Source: Desulfobacteraceae bacterium
Lineage (GTDB): Bacteria; Desulfobacterota; Desulfobacteria; Desulfobacterales; JAABTS01
NCBI GenBank assembly: GCA_011389735.1
Contig: JAABTS010000050.1
Coordinates: 1 to 35,618 of the forward strand
Direction of reading: 5' to 3'
DNA length: 35,618 bases
Part shown: positions 26,267 to 35,570 of the stretch, piece after piece
How positions within the stretch are numbered: the stretch's first letter is position 1
How the letters are laid out: each line of letters begins with the position of its first letter
The notes under the pieces: generated by a model
Database searches by the model: none
What the model was told of the DNA's origin: nothing
Seen by the model: only the letters and a program-made list of their open reading frames with translations
Made by a program: the position numbers and the translations under genes

Positions 26267-27397
26267 ATGTGCAGATTGTTTGCAATTACAAGCGAAACTC
26301 CTCTTTCTCCCATGCGGGCGCTCGAAGCGCTGGACGTTATGCGTGAAGGGCATGACGGTTCGGGCGTGGGCCTGTTCATGCGGGATTTGGGAGGCCCGTT
26401 TGAATACATGAAAGAGGCGCCGATTTTATCCGGCATATTCACTGAAACCGGTATCAAGCGGCTGGATGATTTCATGATGGAAATCGGATTTTTGACCAAA
26501 TACCGTTTATCCATCCATATTTCCGAGGCGCCGCCGCCGGGGATTCCCCAACGGGATGTTTATCTGATCCGGGCTTATGATTATCCCAAATCCTGGAACC
26601 GGTTGAGCGCCCGTGAGAAGTACGCCCGGCTGCTGATTCTTCGTTTGGAGCTTCAGGAAATGGGAATGGCTGAAAATGATATGATCGTTTTTTCCTTCTG
26701 GCCGGATGTCATCATGATCAAAGAGATCGGTGATCCTTTGAGCGTGGCGGAGCATCTTCAGATTGACCGGGCTGAAATCCAGGCCGGGGTGATTATGGCT
26801 CAAGGACGCCAGAACACCAATTACGCCATTGATTTATACGCCTGCCATCCGTTTTTCCTGGAAGGTTATTCCACCATGACCAACGGTGAAAATACGGCGT
26901 TCGTTCCCATCAAGGAATATCTGATATCAAGAGAATTTCACGGTTACCGCGGATATCAGTCCGATTCGGAAGTGTTCACGCATATACTTCATTATACGAT
27001 TGCGAAACTCGGCCTTGAAATCGAATGTTACAAGCATATAGTCACGCCCTTGAAGGACGAGGATATCGATGTCCATCCTGACGCGGTCTTGTTGAAGCAT
27101 TTAAAACACACATGCAGGCGGCTTATCATCGACGGGCCGAATTGCGTGATCGGCAGCCTGCCGGATCACAGCCTGTTCATGGTTCAGGACAGCAAGAAGC
27201 TCAGGCCCGGCGTTGTCGGAGGGCGGCCCGGCGTTTTCGCTTTTTCTTCGGAGATTTGCGGTCTGGACGCGGTGATCCCGGACCGGGACAGGTCAAAAGA
27301 TTTTCAACCCATGCATCTGGACACCGCCATAGTCGGCCCGGATCGACAGGAGGTAAAAATATGTTCTCAGACCCAGCCGTTGCCCCTTTTTCATTAA
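26267..27397 (+). CDS. Class-II (Ntn) glutamine amidotransferase domain protein: N-terminal subunit of a split, archaeal-type glutamate synthase
   Basis: Begins MCRLFAITSE... (catalytic Cys2 after the initiator Met) and has the GltB-N-like fold. SD AGGAGA. Confidence 0.8.
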   Translation: MCRLFAITSETPLSPMRALEALDVMREGHDGSGVGLFMRDLGGPFEYMKEAPILSGIFTETGIKRLDDFMMEIGFLTKYRLSIHISEAPPPGIPQRDVYLIRAYDYPKSWNRLSAREKYARLLILRLELQEMGMAENDMIVFSFWPDVIMIKEIGDPLSVAEHLQIDRAEIQAGVIMAQGRQNTNYAIDLYACHPFFLEGYSTMTNGENTAFVPIKEYLISREFHGYRGYQSDSEVFTHILHYTIAKLGLEIECYKHIVTPLKDEDIDVHPDAVLLKHLKHTCRRLIIDGPNCVIGSLPDHSLFMVQDSKKLRPGVVGGRPGVFAFSSEICGLDAVIPDRDRSKDFQPMHLDTAIVGPDRQEVKICSQTQPLPLFH

Positions 27398-28995
27398 GCC
27401 TTAAAGATTTGCCCTGGTGGATAGACTGGGACAATTCCAAGTGTACGCTTTGCGGCAAATGCACGGCGGTTTGTCCTGTTCACGCCATCGAGCTGGGCGT
27501 TTTCAGGCGGCGAAAGGTTCAGACTCCGCTCAATTTCAGCGCACAGCCGTCCCAGGAAACGTCTTTGTATTATGGAATCCGCCAGAAGACCGATCCGGCG
27601 TCCGCCTGTATCGGCTGCGCCATGTGTTCCATGGTGTGTCCGAACGACGCCATCATTCCAAGACGTTCCGATGAGGCCGACAAGCTTCGCTATCATGTCG
27701 ATCAGGGCGGTTCCCCTCGAAATCGCGGGGGCCGCCGGAATGTATCCGAAAGCCTGCTCGACCGGATCAAGTTCATTCGAATTTCCATGCTGACCGACCC
27801 GGCTCTGGACGCAGGCCGGCACGAATTTGAACTAAAAACGCTTTTGGGGCGCGTTCTTCCCCCTGAAGAAAACTTCAGGCGCATGAAAGAGCGTGAATGG
27901 ATACCGCCGATCAGGGAAATTTATCCGTTGATCATCGGATCCATGTCCTTCGGCGCTTTATCGCCGAATATGTGGGAAGGGCTCCAGTTGGGAGTCGCCT
28001 ATTTGAACGAGGAGCTGAAAATGCCGGTGCGTATTTGCACGGGCGAAGGCGGATGTCCTCCGAGACTTCTTAGAAGCCGATTCTTGAAATATGTCATTCT
28101 TCAGATCGCCAGCGGGTATTTCGGGTGGGATGAAATCATTCACGCCATACCGCATATGAAAGAAGATCCGTGCGCGGTCGAGATCAAATACGGCCAGGGG
28201 GCCAAGCCAGGGGACGGGGGCCTGCTCATGTGGTACAAGGTCAACAAGCTGATATCGGCCATTCGAGGCGTTCCCATGGGCGTCAGTCTTCCCAGTCCGC
28301 CGACGCATCAGACCAAATATTCGATCGAGGAATCCGTGGCCAAGATGATCCAGTCCATGTCCATGGCCTGGGGGTTCCGGGTGCCGGTGTATCCCAAAAT
28401 ATCCGGGACATCTACGGCCGCCGCGGTGTTGAACAACCTGTCCAGGAATCCTTATGCTTCGGGATTGTCCATTGATGGAGAGGACGGAGGCACGGGGGCT
28501 GCGTACAACGTGTCCATGAACCACATGGGGCACCCTATCGCAAGCAATCTCCGGGATTGTTATCTCAATCTGGTCAAAATCGGACGCCAGAACGAAATCC
28601 CGCTTTTCGCCGGCGGCGGAATCGGCAAGAACGGCAATCTGGCGGCCAACGCCGCCGCCCTGATCATGTTAGGAGCCAGCGGGGTTCAAATCGGGAAATA
28701 CATAATGCAGGCGGCCGCCGGATGTGTCGGTTCCGAATCCGACCGCTGCAACATTTGCAATATCGGCCGATGTCCCAAGGGCATTACGTCACAGGATCCG
28801 AGACTTTACCGGCGTCTGGACGTGGACCTGGTCGCACGGCGGGTTGTGGACGTGTACCTCTCGTTTGATACGGAATTAAAAAAGATCGTGGCGCCTTTGG
28901 GCCGGTCCACCACGCTTCCGATCGGCATGTCGGACGCCCTCGGAATCAATGATCCCGCCGTGGCCGAACGTCTTGATATTAAATATGTGGTTTAG
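27361..28995 (+). CDS. Glutamate synthase FMN-binding (central GltB) domain protein with N-terminal 2x[4Fe-4S] ferredoxin
   Basis: CTLCGKCTAVCP and CIGCAMCSMVCP clusters. FMN/GltS core (PLIIGSMSFGALSPNMWEGL..., GEGGCPP..., AKPGDGGLL..., FAGGGIGKNGNLAANAAALIMLGASGVQIG). The start at 27361 has a GGAGG SD and overlaps the upstream gene by 37 nt. The track ORF's longer N-terminus (from 27112) is an out-of-frame read-through. Confidence 0.85.
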   Translation: MFSDPAVAPFSLSLKDLPWWIDWDNSKCTLCGKCTAVCPVHAIELGVFRRRKVQTPLNFSAQPSQETSLYYGIRQKTDPASACIGCAMCSMVCPNDAIIPRRSDEADKLRYHVDQGGSPRNRGGRRNVSESLLDRIKFIRISMLTDPALDAGRHEFELKTLLGRVLPPEENFRRMKEREWIPPIREIYPLIIGSMSFGALSPNMWEGLQLGVAYLNEELKMPVRICTGEGGCPPRLLRSRFLKYVILQIASGYFGWDEIIHAIPHMKEDPCAVEIKYGQGAKPGDGGLLMWYKVNKLISAIRGVPMGVSLPSPPTHQTKYSIEESVAKMIQSMSMAWGFRVPVYPKISGTSTAAAVLNNLSRNPYASGLSIDGEDGGTGAAYNVSMNHMGHPIASNLRDCYLNLVKIGRQNEIPLFAGGGIGKNGNLAANAAALIMLGASGVQIGKYIMQAAAGCVGSESDRCNICNIGRCPKGITSQDPRLYRRLDVDLVARRVVDVYLSFDTELKKIVAPLGRSTTLPIGMSDALGINDPAVAERLDIKYVV

Positions 28996-29015
28996 CGATA
29001 AAACGGAGAAACCGT

Positions 29016-31349
29016 ATGGATAATAATGAAGAATATTTTGTGATATCGGGAAAAATCAACGGAAAACGGATCGAATCGAGAATTCTCGAAGAAAAATTGC
29101 AAAAGGCCGTTGAATCCGGACATCGCCGGATAAAAGTCAATGCTTTCGGCCAGCATGGGATCGGCGGACGGCTTTGGAGAGCGGGCGGCGAACCCGTCGA
29201 GATTGTCGTGGAGGGCCATTCGGGGCAAAGGGTGGGATCCATGGGATTTCCCAACACCGTCATCGAATTGACGGGCCCGGCGTCCGATGACGTGGGATGG
29301 TTGAACTCAGGCGCGGAAATCGTAATTCACGGCCACGCGTCCAACGGCGTCGCCAACGCAATGGCCCAGGGGAAAATCTATGTTTCCGGCAATATCGGAT
29401 CTCGCGGGATGACCATGACCAAACGGAATCCACGGTTCGATCCTCCGGAACTATGGGTGCTGGGATCGGTCGGAGACTATTTCGGCGAATTCATGGCGGG
29501 CGGAGTCGCTGTTATCTGCGGCGTCGCCCCTCAGGATCGGGACGATATTCTGGGATACAGGCCGTTTGTGGGCATGGTCGGCGGTTCGGTTTTTTTTCGG
29601 GGGCCTTACAAAGGATTCAGCCGGGCGGATTCGAAAATCGTGGATATTACGGATTCCGACTGGAACTGGTTAACGTCGAATCTGGAGATATTCACCCGGA
29701 AGATCGGGAAACCCGAACTTTTGGAAACCTTGTCCGATCGTTCCGAATGGCGCCTGATCAAGGCGCTGACCCCTTTGGAGCGCGGCGGCAAAACAAACCG
29801 GGCCATGTCCGATTTTCGAAAAGCGGTGTGGGAAAAAGATCTGGGAACAGGTGGGTTGATCGGCGATCTGGTGGATTTCGACCGCGGCTTGATTCCTGTA
29901 ATCACAACCGGGGATTTAAGACGATACAAACCGGTCTGGGAGAACCGGAAATATGATCCGCCCTGCGCCGCGACCTGCCCGACTGGAATTCCGGTTCACC
30001 GCCGATGGCGTTTGATCCGTGAAGGGAAAGTGGATGAGGCCGTAGCGCTGGCCTTGGAGTACACGCCTTTTCCGGCGTCGGTTTGCGGTTATCTCTGTCC
30101 GAACTTGTGCATGCAGTCCTGCACCCGTGAATCGGCGATGTTGCCGGCCGTGGACGTCACGCTGCTTGGCAAAGAAAGCATCAAGGCCGGAATTCCGGAA
30201 ATTCCCAAACCCCTTGGAGGGCGCGTAGCCGTGATCGGCGGCGGACCGGCGGGCGTTTCCACGGCGTGGCAGCTTCGGATCATGGGACACGAGGCTGTTA
30301 TCTATGATATGGCTGAAACCCTGGGAGGCAAACTGGCGTCCGCTATTCCGGAAGACCGGATTCCGCCCGAGGTTTTGAGCGCGGAACTTGAACGGGTGAA
30401 AGCGGTCATCCCCAATGTCGGCCTTGAAAAACGGCTTTCCCGCGAGGATGTGGAAAAACTGAAATCCGAATTCGATTACGTGGTTCTGGCCACGGGCGCT
30501 CAAAAACCGAGAGTCCTCGACTTTCCGGGCAAGGAACGGATGATCACGAGCCTTGACTTTTTGAGACGGGCCAAGAAAGGGAATATCAAGCCCGGCGAAC
30601 GTATGGTCATTATAGGAGCCGGGAATGTAGGTTGCGATGTCGCGGCGGCCGGAAAAAGGCTTGGAGCCGAAAGCCTTTTGCTGATCGATGTTCAGGAACC
30701 GGCGTCGTTCGGCAAGGAGCGAAAACACGCTGAAGACGCCGGCGCTGAATTCCGGTGGCCGTGTTTCACCAGAGAGATTACGGAACAGGGCGTGGTTTTG
30801 TCCACCGGAGAGTTAATCCCGGCCGACATGGTGGTCATTGCAATCGGAGACGCCCCGGATCTCGATTTTCTGCCGGACAGCGTCGCCACGGACGCCGGAT
30901 ATGTCCTTGTTGACGAAAACTTCAGGACATCCGACGAAAAAGTGTTCGCAGTGGGAGATATGGTCAGGCCGGGGCTGTTGACCGATTCCATCGGCTCGGG
31001 CCGCGGAGCGGCGCAGACCGTTCACAAACTTTTGGCGGGCGGAGCCGAATGTAACGGGGAACGCGACATGATAGATCGAAACCGGGTCAAAACGGAATAT
31101 TTTGATCCGCGGCTCGCCGCATTCGACGATATCCAAGACGCGGCGTCGCAATGCGCATCCTGCGGAGATTGCCGGGATTGTGGAATCTGCATTGAAATTT
31201 GCCCCCGTTCAGCCATATCCAGGACGCCGTTGTCCGGAGAACCTTACGAATATGTGGTGCATGAAGACCGGTGTATCGGATGCGGATTTTGTGTCGGAGC
31301 TTGTCCGTGCGGCGTTTGGAATCTTATTGAAAATTTCGGGTTGATGTAA
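29016..31349 (+). CDS. Fusion of the glutamate synthase GXGXG (GltB C-terminal) domain with a GltD-like FAD/NAD(P)H oxidoreductase and a C-terminal 2x[4Fe-4S] ferredoxin
   Basis: N-terminal beta-helix GXGXG repeats (VVEGHSGQRVGSMG, IVIHGHASNGVANAMAQGKIYVSGNIGSRGM). GltD-like Cys cluster (CAATCPTG...CGYLCPNLCMQSCTR). Rossmann motifs VAVIGGGPAGVS and VIIGAGNVGCDVA. C-terminal CASCGDCRDCGICIEICP / CIGCGFCVGACPCG. Confidence 0.85.
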   Translation: MDNNEEYFVISGKINGKRIESRILEEKLQKAVESGHRRIKVNAFGQHGIGGRLWRAGGEPVEIVVEGHSGQRVGSMGFPNTVIELTGPASDDVGWLNSGAEIVIHGHASNGVANAMAQGKIYVSGNIGSRGMTMTKRNPRFDPPELWVLGSVGDYFGEFMAGGVAVICGVAPQDRDDILGYRPFVGMVGGSVFFRGPYKGFSRADSKIVDITDSDWNWLTSNLEIFTRKIGKPELLETLSDRSEWRLIKALTPLERGGKTNRAMSDFRKAVWEKDLGTGGLIGDLVDFDRGLIPVITTGDLRRYKPVWENRKYDPPCAATCPTGIPVHRRWRLIREGKVDEAVALALEYTPFPASVCGYLCPNLCMQSCTRESAMLPAVDVTLLGKESIKAGIPEIPKPLGGRVAVIGGGPAGVSTAWQLRIMGHEAVIYDMAETLGGKLASAIPEDRIPPEVLSAELERVKAVIPNVGLEKRLSREDVEKLKSEFDYVVLATGAQKPRVLDFPGKERMITSLDFLRRAKKGNIKPGERMVIIGAGNVGCDVAAAGKRLGAESLLLIDVQEPASFGKERKHAEDAGAEFRWPCFTREITEQGVVLSTGELIPADMVVIAIGDAPDLDFLPDSVATDAGYVLVDENFRTSDEKVFAVGDMVRPGLLTDSIGSGRGAAQTVHKLLAGGAECNGERDMIDRNRVKTEYFDPRLAAFDDIQDAASQCASCGDCRDCGICIEICPRSAISRTPLSGEPYEYVVHEDRCIGCGFCVGACPCGVWNLIENFGLM

Positions 31350-31391
31350 AATCAATATTGTACTATTAATATAAAATACGTTACATTTCAG

Positions 31392-31531
31392 GAATGTTGA
31401 ATTTTGAATTTTGAATGTTGAATGTTGAATGTTGAATTTTGAATGTTGAATTTTGAATTTTGAATGTTAGATGTTGAATGTTGAATGTTAAATGTTAAAT
31501 GTTAAATGTTAAATGTTGAATGTTAGATGTG
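31392..31531 (+). repeat. Tandem heptanucleotide array, ~20 units of GAATGTT (variants GAATTTT, AAATGTT, AGATGTT)
   Basis: Read directly; the units are contiguous with no spacer. Lies directly upstream of the XPB-like helicase gene. Confidence 0.95.
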
Positions 31532-31543
31532 AGTCCCCCATTT

Positions 31544-31596
31544 AGCATTCAACATACAACATTCAACATAAATAATTTAGCATTCAACATAACATT
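31544..31596 (+). repeat. Inverted copies of the heptamer (ATTCAACATA x3, i.e. reverse complement of ATGTTGAAT) between the array and the helicase start codon
   Basis: AGCATTCAACATACAACATTCAACATAAATAATTTAGCATTCAACATAACATT can base-pair with the upstream (GAATGTT)n array. Confidence 0.8.
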
Positions 31597-31603
31597 TGGA
31601 AAG

Positions 31604-33316
31604 ATGGCGACGATAAACCCTTCAAATCCACTGATCGTTCAAGGAGATTATACGGTTCTGGCGGAAGTCGACAGCCCCGGCTTTACAGCCGCCAGGAATC
31701 GTTTGGTGCGATTCGCGGAATTGATTAAATCCCCTGAATACATTCATACGTATCGAATCACGCCGCTTTCCATATGGAACGCATGCGCATCCGGGATATC
31801 GAAACATGAAATCGGAGACGCGCTCGAAGAATATTCCAAATATCCTGTTCCGGAACATGTTCTCGCCCAAATCGGCGATTATATTTCACGTTACGGAAGG
31901 CTGAAGATTTTAAAAGAGGAAGGCCGTTTGATTCTGGACGCCGAGGACCGGCGGCTCGCCAGGGAAATCGAAAACGACAAGACGCTTCGAAAATTGATCG
32001 ACGGCAATATATCGCCGACACGGTTTATCGTTCCGGCGGTGAACCGGGGTAGAATAAAACAGGCGTTGATCAAGGCCGGATATCCCGCTGAAGATATGGC
32101 CGGATATACGGAAGGCAATCCGCTCCTCTTTACCCTGCGTTCCCCTTCCCTTTCAGGCGCCCCTTTTGAACTAAGATCTTATCAGCGGCAGGCGGCCGAT
32201 TCATTTCACGCCGGCGGTTCGCCACAGGGGGGATCGGGCGTCATTGTTCTTCCATGCGGCGCCGGGAAAACCATTGTGGGCATATCCTGCATGGAAAAGT
32301 TACAAACATCGACCTTGATTTTAACGACCGGAACCACCGCGGTCAAGCAATGGAAAAGCGAACTAATTGATAAAACCACGCTGACCGAAGACCAAATCGG
32401 GGAATACACGGGCGAAAAAAAAGAAATCCGGGGCGCCACGCTTTCCACCTATCAAATCATGACCTATCGCAGCAAAAAAGATCCGGATTTCAAACATCTG
32501 TCCCTTTTTGAGGAACAAAATTTCGGGCTGATCATTTATGACGAAGTGCATATGCTGCCGGCGCCCATATTTCAAATCACGGCGGGATTACAGGCCAGAC
32601 GGCGGTTAGGCCTGACCGCCACGCTCGTGCGGGAAGACAACCGGGAAGATGATGTTTTCGCTCTGATCGGCCCCAAAAAAATGGATTCCCCGTGGAAAGA
32701 ACTGGAGTCTCAGGGATGGATCGCATGCGCCGCATGTTGTGAAATTCGGATTCCGCTGCCCGAAGATCTCCAGGTGCTTTACGCCGTGGCCGAACGGCGA
32801 AAAAAATTCCGGATCGCATCGGAGAATCCCCGAAAGATAGACATTGTGCGCCGTCTCATATCCAATCACGAACATCATCAGATTCTTGTCATCGGCCTGT
32901 ATTTGGAGCAGTTGCGGACGATCTCCGAAGAAATGAACATCCCCGTCATTACGGGAAAAATGTCTCAAACAAACCGCGACGACCTTTACCGGAGATTCAG
33001 AGCCGGCGAAATCAGATGCATGGCGGTTTCAAAGGTCGCCAATTTTGCGATAGACCTTCCGGACGCTTCCGTTGCTATCCAGATTTCAGGAACATTCGGA
33101 TCAAGGCAGGAGGAGGCCCAACGCCTGGGGCGCATACTGAGACCCAAACCGGGAGAAAACCAGGCCCATTTTTATACGCTGGTGACAAAAGATACGATTG
33201 AACAGGACTTTGCGCTTAACCGGCAACTATTTCTGTGCGAACAGGGATACGCCTATGAAATCAGGGATGAAGGGATAGGTTCTAACTTCGGCCATCAGTT
33301 TAGTGATTGGGCTTGA
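31604..33316 (+). CDS. XPB/Rad25 (ERCC3)-type SF2 DNA helicase
   Basis: Motif I VLPCGAGKTIVGI; Ia TTGTTAVKQWKSEL; II IIYDEVHMLPA; III and RED motif LGLTATLVREDNREDDVFALIGPKKMD; VI EEAQRLGRILR. The N-terminal ~200 aa are consistent with a damage-recognition domain. The start at 31604 (GGAAAG SD) is preferred over the track start at 31520, which lies inside the repeat array. Confidence 0.9.
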   Translation: MATINPSNPLIVQGDYTVLAEVDSPGFTAARNRLVRFAELIKSPEYIHTYRITPLSIWNACASGISKHEIGDALEEYSKYPVPEHVLAQIGDYISRYGRLKILKEEGRLILDAEDRRLAREIENDKTLRKLIDGNISPTRFIVPAVNRGRIKQALIKAGYPAEDMAGYTEGNPLLFTLRSPSLSGAPFELRSYQRQAADSFHAGGSPQGGSGVIVLPCGAGKTIVGISCMEKLQTSTLILTTGTTAVKQWKSELIDKTTLTEDQIGEYTGEKKEIRGATLSTYQIMTYRSKKDPDFKHLSLFEEQNFGLIIYDEVHMLPAPIFQITAGLQARRRLGLTATLVREDNREDDVFALIGPKKMDSPWKELESQGWIACAACCEIRIPLPEDLQVLYAVAERRKKFRIASENPRKIDIVRRLISNHEHHQILVIGLYLEQLRTISEEMNIPVITGKMSQTNRDDLYRRFRAGEIRCMAVSKVANFAIDLPDASVAIQISGTFGSRQEEAQRLGRILRPKPGENQAHFYTLVTKDTIEQDFALNRQLFLCEQGYAYEIRDEGIGSNFGHQFSDWA

Positions 33317-33321
33317 AGTTT

Positions 33322-33390
33322 TTGAATCCAAATCGGGATCGGGATCGGGATCGTTATCGAAGGATTCAATTTCGATCCCGATACCGATAA
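33322..33390 (+). repeat. GGGATC hexamer element copy B: TTGAATCC-(AAATCGGGATCGGGATCGGGATCG)-TTATCGAA-GGATTCAA then TTTCGATCCCGATACCGATAA
   Basis: 8-bp inverted repeat TTGAATCC/GGATTCAA around the hexamer tract (33332-33353). Shares the CGATACCGATA tail with copy C. Confidence 0.8.
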
Positions 33391-33459
33391 ATGAAAATGG
33401 CCGAAGATAGAACCGGGCCGGGGATGAATCACGCCGTGTGACAAATTAACAGGTGGCTT

Positions 33460-35469
33460 ATGTACAATTTACCTTCAGATTGGATTCAGTTAATCGATTT
33501 TCTTGAAAAATGGAACGGTCTGAGCGCCCGAGGCAGACGTTTGTTTTTGAATTTCAAAAAAGAATGCAGCAAATCCAAAACATCGAAACCGGACCACCGG
33601 TTCGCCGAGCTGGTCGACGCCGGGTTTTTAATTCAAAATTCAAAAAAAACACCTGAAATCCGGGAAGATCTGAAACCTTACGCCGACACCCTGTCCGTCA
33701 TGGAAAAGATTCCCTTGTTTGACGGGAAAGCCGATAAAAATCTTCTTTCAGTATATCTGGACGCCCATTTCCGTTATTCGCATAAACGGGCCCTCGAAAC
33801 CGGGCTAAACTGCAATTACGGCGGGTTCGGGACGGATATACTGGTTCGTGAACTGGCGAATCCCGGAAGGCTTGACGATTTTCTGGAAACCCGCTCGTAT
33901 TCGGACTGGGAACGCCGTTATTCAAAATGTGAGATCGAATTTTTTGACACCGAAGAAATATTCGGCATGACTCAGACACTGGTGAGGCATTGTCTTGAAA
34001 AACAAAATCCACTGCATGTCGGCCGGATATGCAAGCTTTTTCCGGACAAGGAAACAGTCAAAATATCAAAGGCGGTATCCGCCGGCGTTTACTACGCCTT
34101 GCTGTTTTTGGCGTTGAGAACTTCCGATCTGGAATCCCGGGCCGGTGTCTGGCCGTCGATTTTTCAGAGAGCCAGACGGTCCAAACCCGTAAAACCCCGG
34201 CAGGCGACCCCCGAAACCGTATTCAGCCGGTCCGTTTTGATGGAGGACATGACCCATGCGGCGGTTCAAGCGTGCCTTGAACCGTTGCGGATCAAACTGG
34301 ACGGAAACGGTATCTACCAGCGGGACTTGAAACAACTGGAACCGGGGCTCGTTCAGGTTCCCCCCTGGGTCAACGACCTTTTTGATTGCAGCGCTTCCGG
34401 CCGCCTGGAAAAAGCGGTTCAATTTCTGCGACTTTTCAATCTTATCGAATACAAAGGCTCTCCCGGCAAAAACAGGAGGATTGAAACAAGCGACGACGGC
34501 CGGCGATGGCTCGATTTGTCCGAAACGCAGCGTGTTATATTCATTCTGGAACGGATGCGGCGTCATAATGAAAGAAATGTGGCATTCGAAGATGTCGATC
34601 ACAGTGAACGTTCCTTTGATTATTTGAATCCGTATCCGCCCATGCGAAGTATCGGACTGGATAAGAATCTTCGCCGCTGGATCGCCGATGCGTTTAAAAA
34701 TATCCCGCTGGATACGTTCTACAAGATCGATACCTTTCTTTATCATGAAAAGCTGCAAAACAATCCATTGTTAAAAATCGCCGGTCCTGACGACCTTATT
34801 CAAGTTTATGTCAAAAATTCACTTATCCCTCCGGATGAGGAAGACCTTGAAAATATCTGGGAAACCCTGATTTATCAGTTTTTAGGATCATCTCTGGCGT
34901 ATACGGGCGCCGCTTCCGTAAGCGCTCTGAAAGATGGAAGCCTGGCTTTCGCCCTGACGGACTTGAGCCGTTATTTGTTGAATCCCGAGAAAGCGCGCCG
35001 GCCGGTCGAGGACAAAACCCCTTCCGTTCTTATCCAGCCGGATTTCGAAATCATTTTTTTGTCTCCGTCGCCTGGAGCGGAACGCCGCATCGGCCGGTTC
35101 GCCGAACGAATCGGATATCATATCGGCGCCATGTTTAAAATTACGAAAGCTTCCATATTCCAGGCCGCGGGCGCCGGCGTGACCTGTGAAACCGTGCTGA
35201 ACACTCTTGACCGAATCGCCATAGGCCCGATACCCGCCAACGTTAAAGGCGAAATTATAGGATGGTTTGAACAGTTCAAATGCGTCCGTATAGAATCCGG
35301 AAATCAAATCCGCTGCGACGACCGAACCACCACCAGGCTGATTTTAACCGCTCTGGGCGACCACTTCAAACCCGTTTCCGACTGTATCCTCAGAATACGA
35401 AACACCGCCCCTAAAAAAACCATCACCCAGAAACTCATGGGTATCGGCGTTTTCGTCAAGACTGAATAA
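33460..35469 (+). CDS. Uncharacterised 669-aa protein, candidate functional partner of the XPB-like helicase
   Basis: AGGTGG SD 5 nt upstream; same strand as the helicase and 143 nt downstream of it. No catalytic motif could be recognised by eye. Bracketed by hexamer elements B and C. Confidence 0.8.
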   Translation: MYNLPSDWIQLIDFLEKWNGLSARGRRLFLNFKKECSKSKTSKPDHRFAELVDAGFLIQNSKKTPEIREDLKPYADTLSVMEKIPLFDGKADKNLLSVYLDAHFRYSHKRALETGLNCNYGGFGTDILVRELANPGRLDDFLETRSYSDWERRYSKCEIEFFDTEEIFGMTQTLVRHCLEKQNPLHVGRICKLFPDKETVKISKAVSAGVYYALLFLALRTSDLESRAGVWPSIFQRARRSKPVKPRQATPETVFSRSVLMEDMTHAAVQACLEPLRIKLDGNGIYQRDLKQLEPGLVQVPPWVNDLFDCSASGRLEKAVQFLRLFNLIEYKGSPGKNRRIETSDDGRRWLDLSETQRVIFILERMRRHNERNVAFEDVDHSERSFDYLNPYPPMRSIGLDKNLRRWIADAFKNIPLDTFYKIDTFLYHEKLQNNPLLKIAGPDDLIQVYVKNSLIPPDEEDLENIWETLIYQFLGSSLAYTGAASVSALKDGSLAFALTDLSRYLLNPEKARRPVEDKTPSVLIQPDFEIIFLSPSPGAERRIGRFAERIGYHIGAMFKITKASIFQAAGAGVTCETVLNTLDRIAIGPIPANVKGEIIGWFEQFKCVRIESGNQIRCDDRTTTRLILTALGDHFKPVSDCILRIRNTAPKKTITQKLMGIGVFVKTE

Positions 35470-35570
35470 TGGTTTCGTATCGTCTTCCGGTAATCAAATT
35501 TCAGTGCGTTATCGGCCGGAGATATACGAGTTGTATTATCCGGCATCCTTCATTTCTTGTTTACAGTTTC

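Noticed and set aside
27112-27360. Extended N-terminus of glutamate synthase subunit 2 as given in the ORF track
   Set aside because: That portion is an out-of-frame read-through of subunit 1. A proper GGAGG-ATG start exists at 27361, where the ferredoxin domain begins.
29297-31344. Alternate-frame ORFs inside the GXGXG-GltD fusion gene (e.g. 29297-29956, 29916-30728)
   Set aside because: Nested in a gene with continuous domain motifs, so spurious.
31520-31603. Track-proposed start of the helicase ORF inside the heptamer array
   Set aside because: The first 28 codons would be encoded by repeat DNA with no SD. The ATG at 31604 with GGAAAG upstream gives a sensible XPB N-terminus. It is kept as an alternative in the phase-variation finding.
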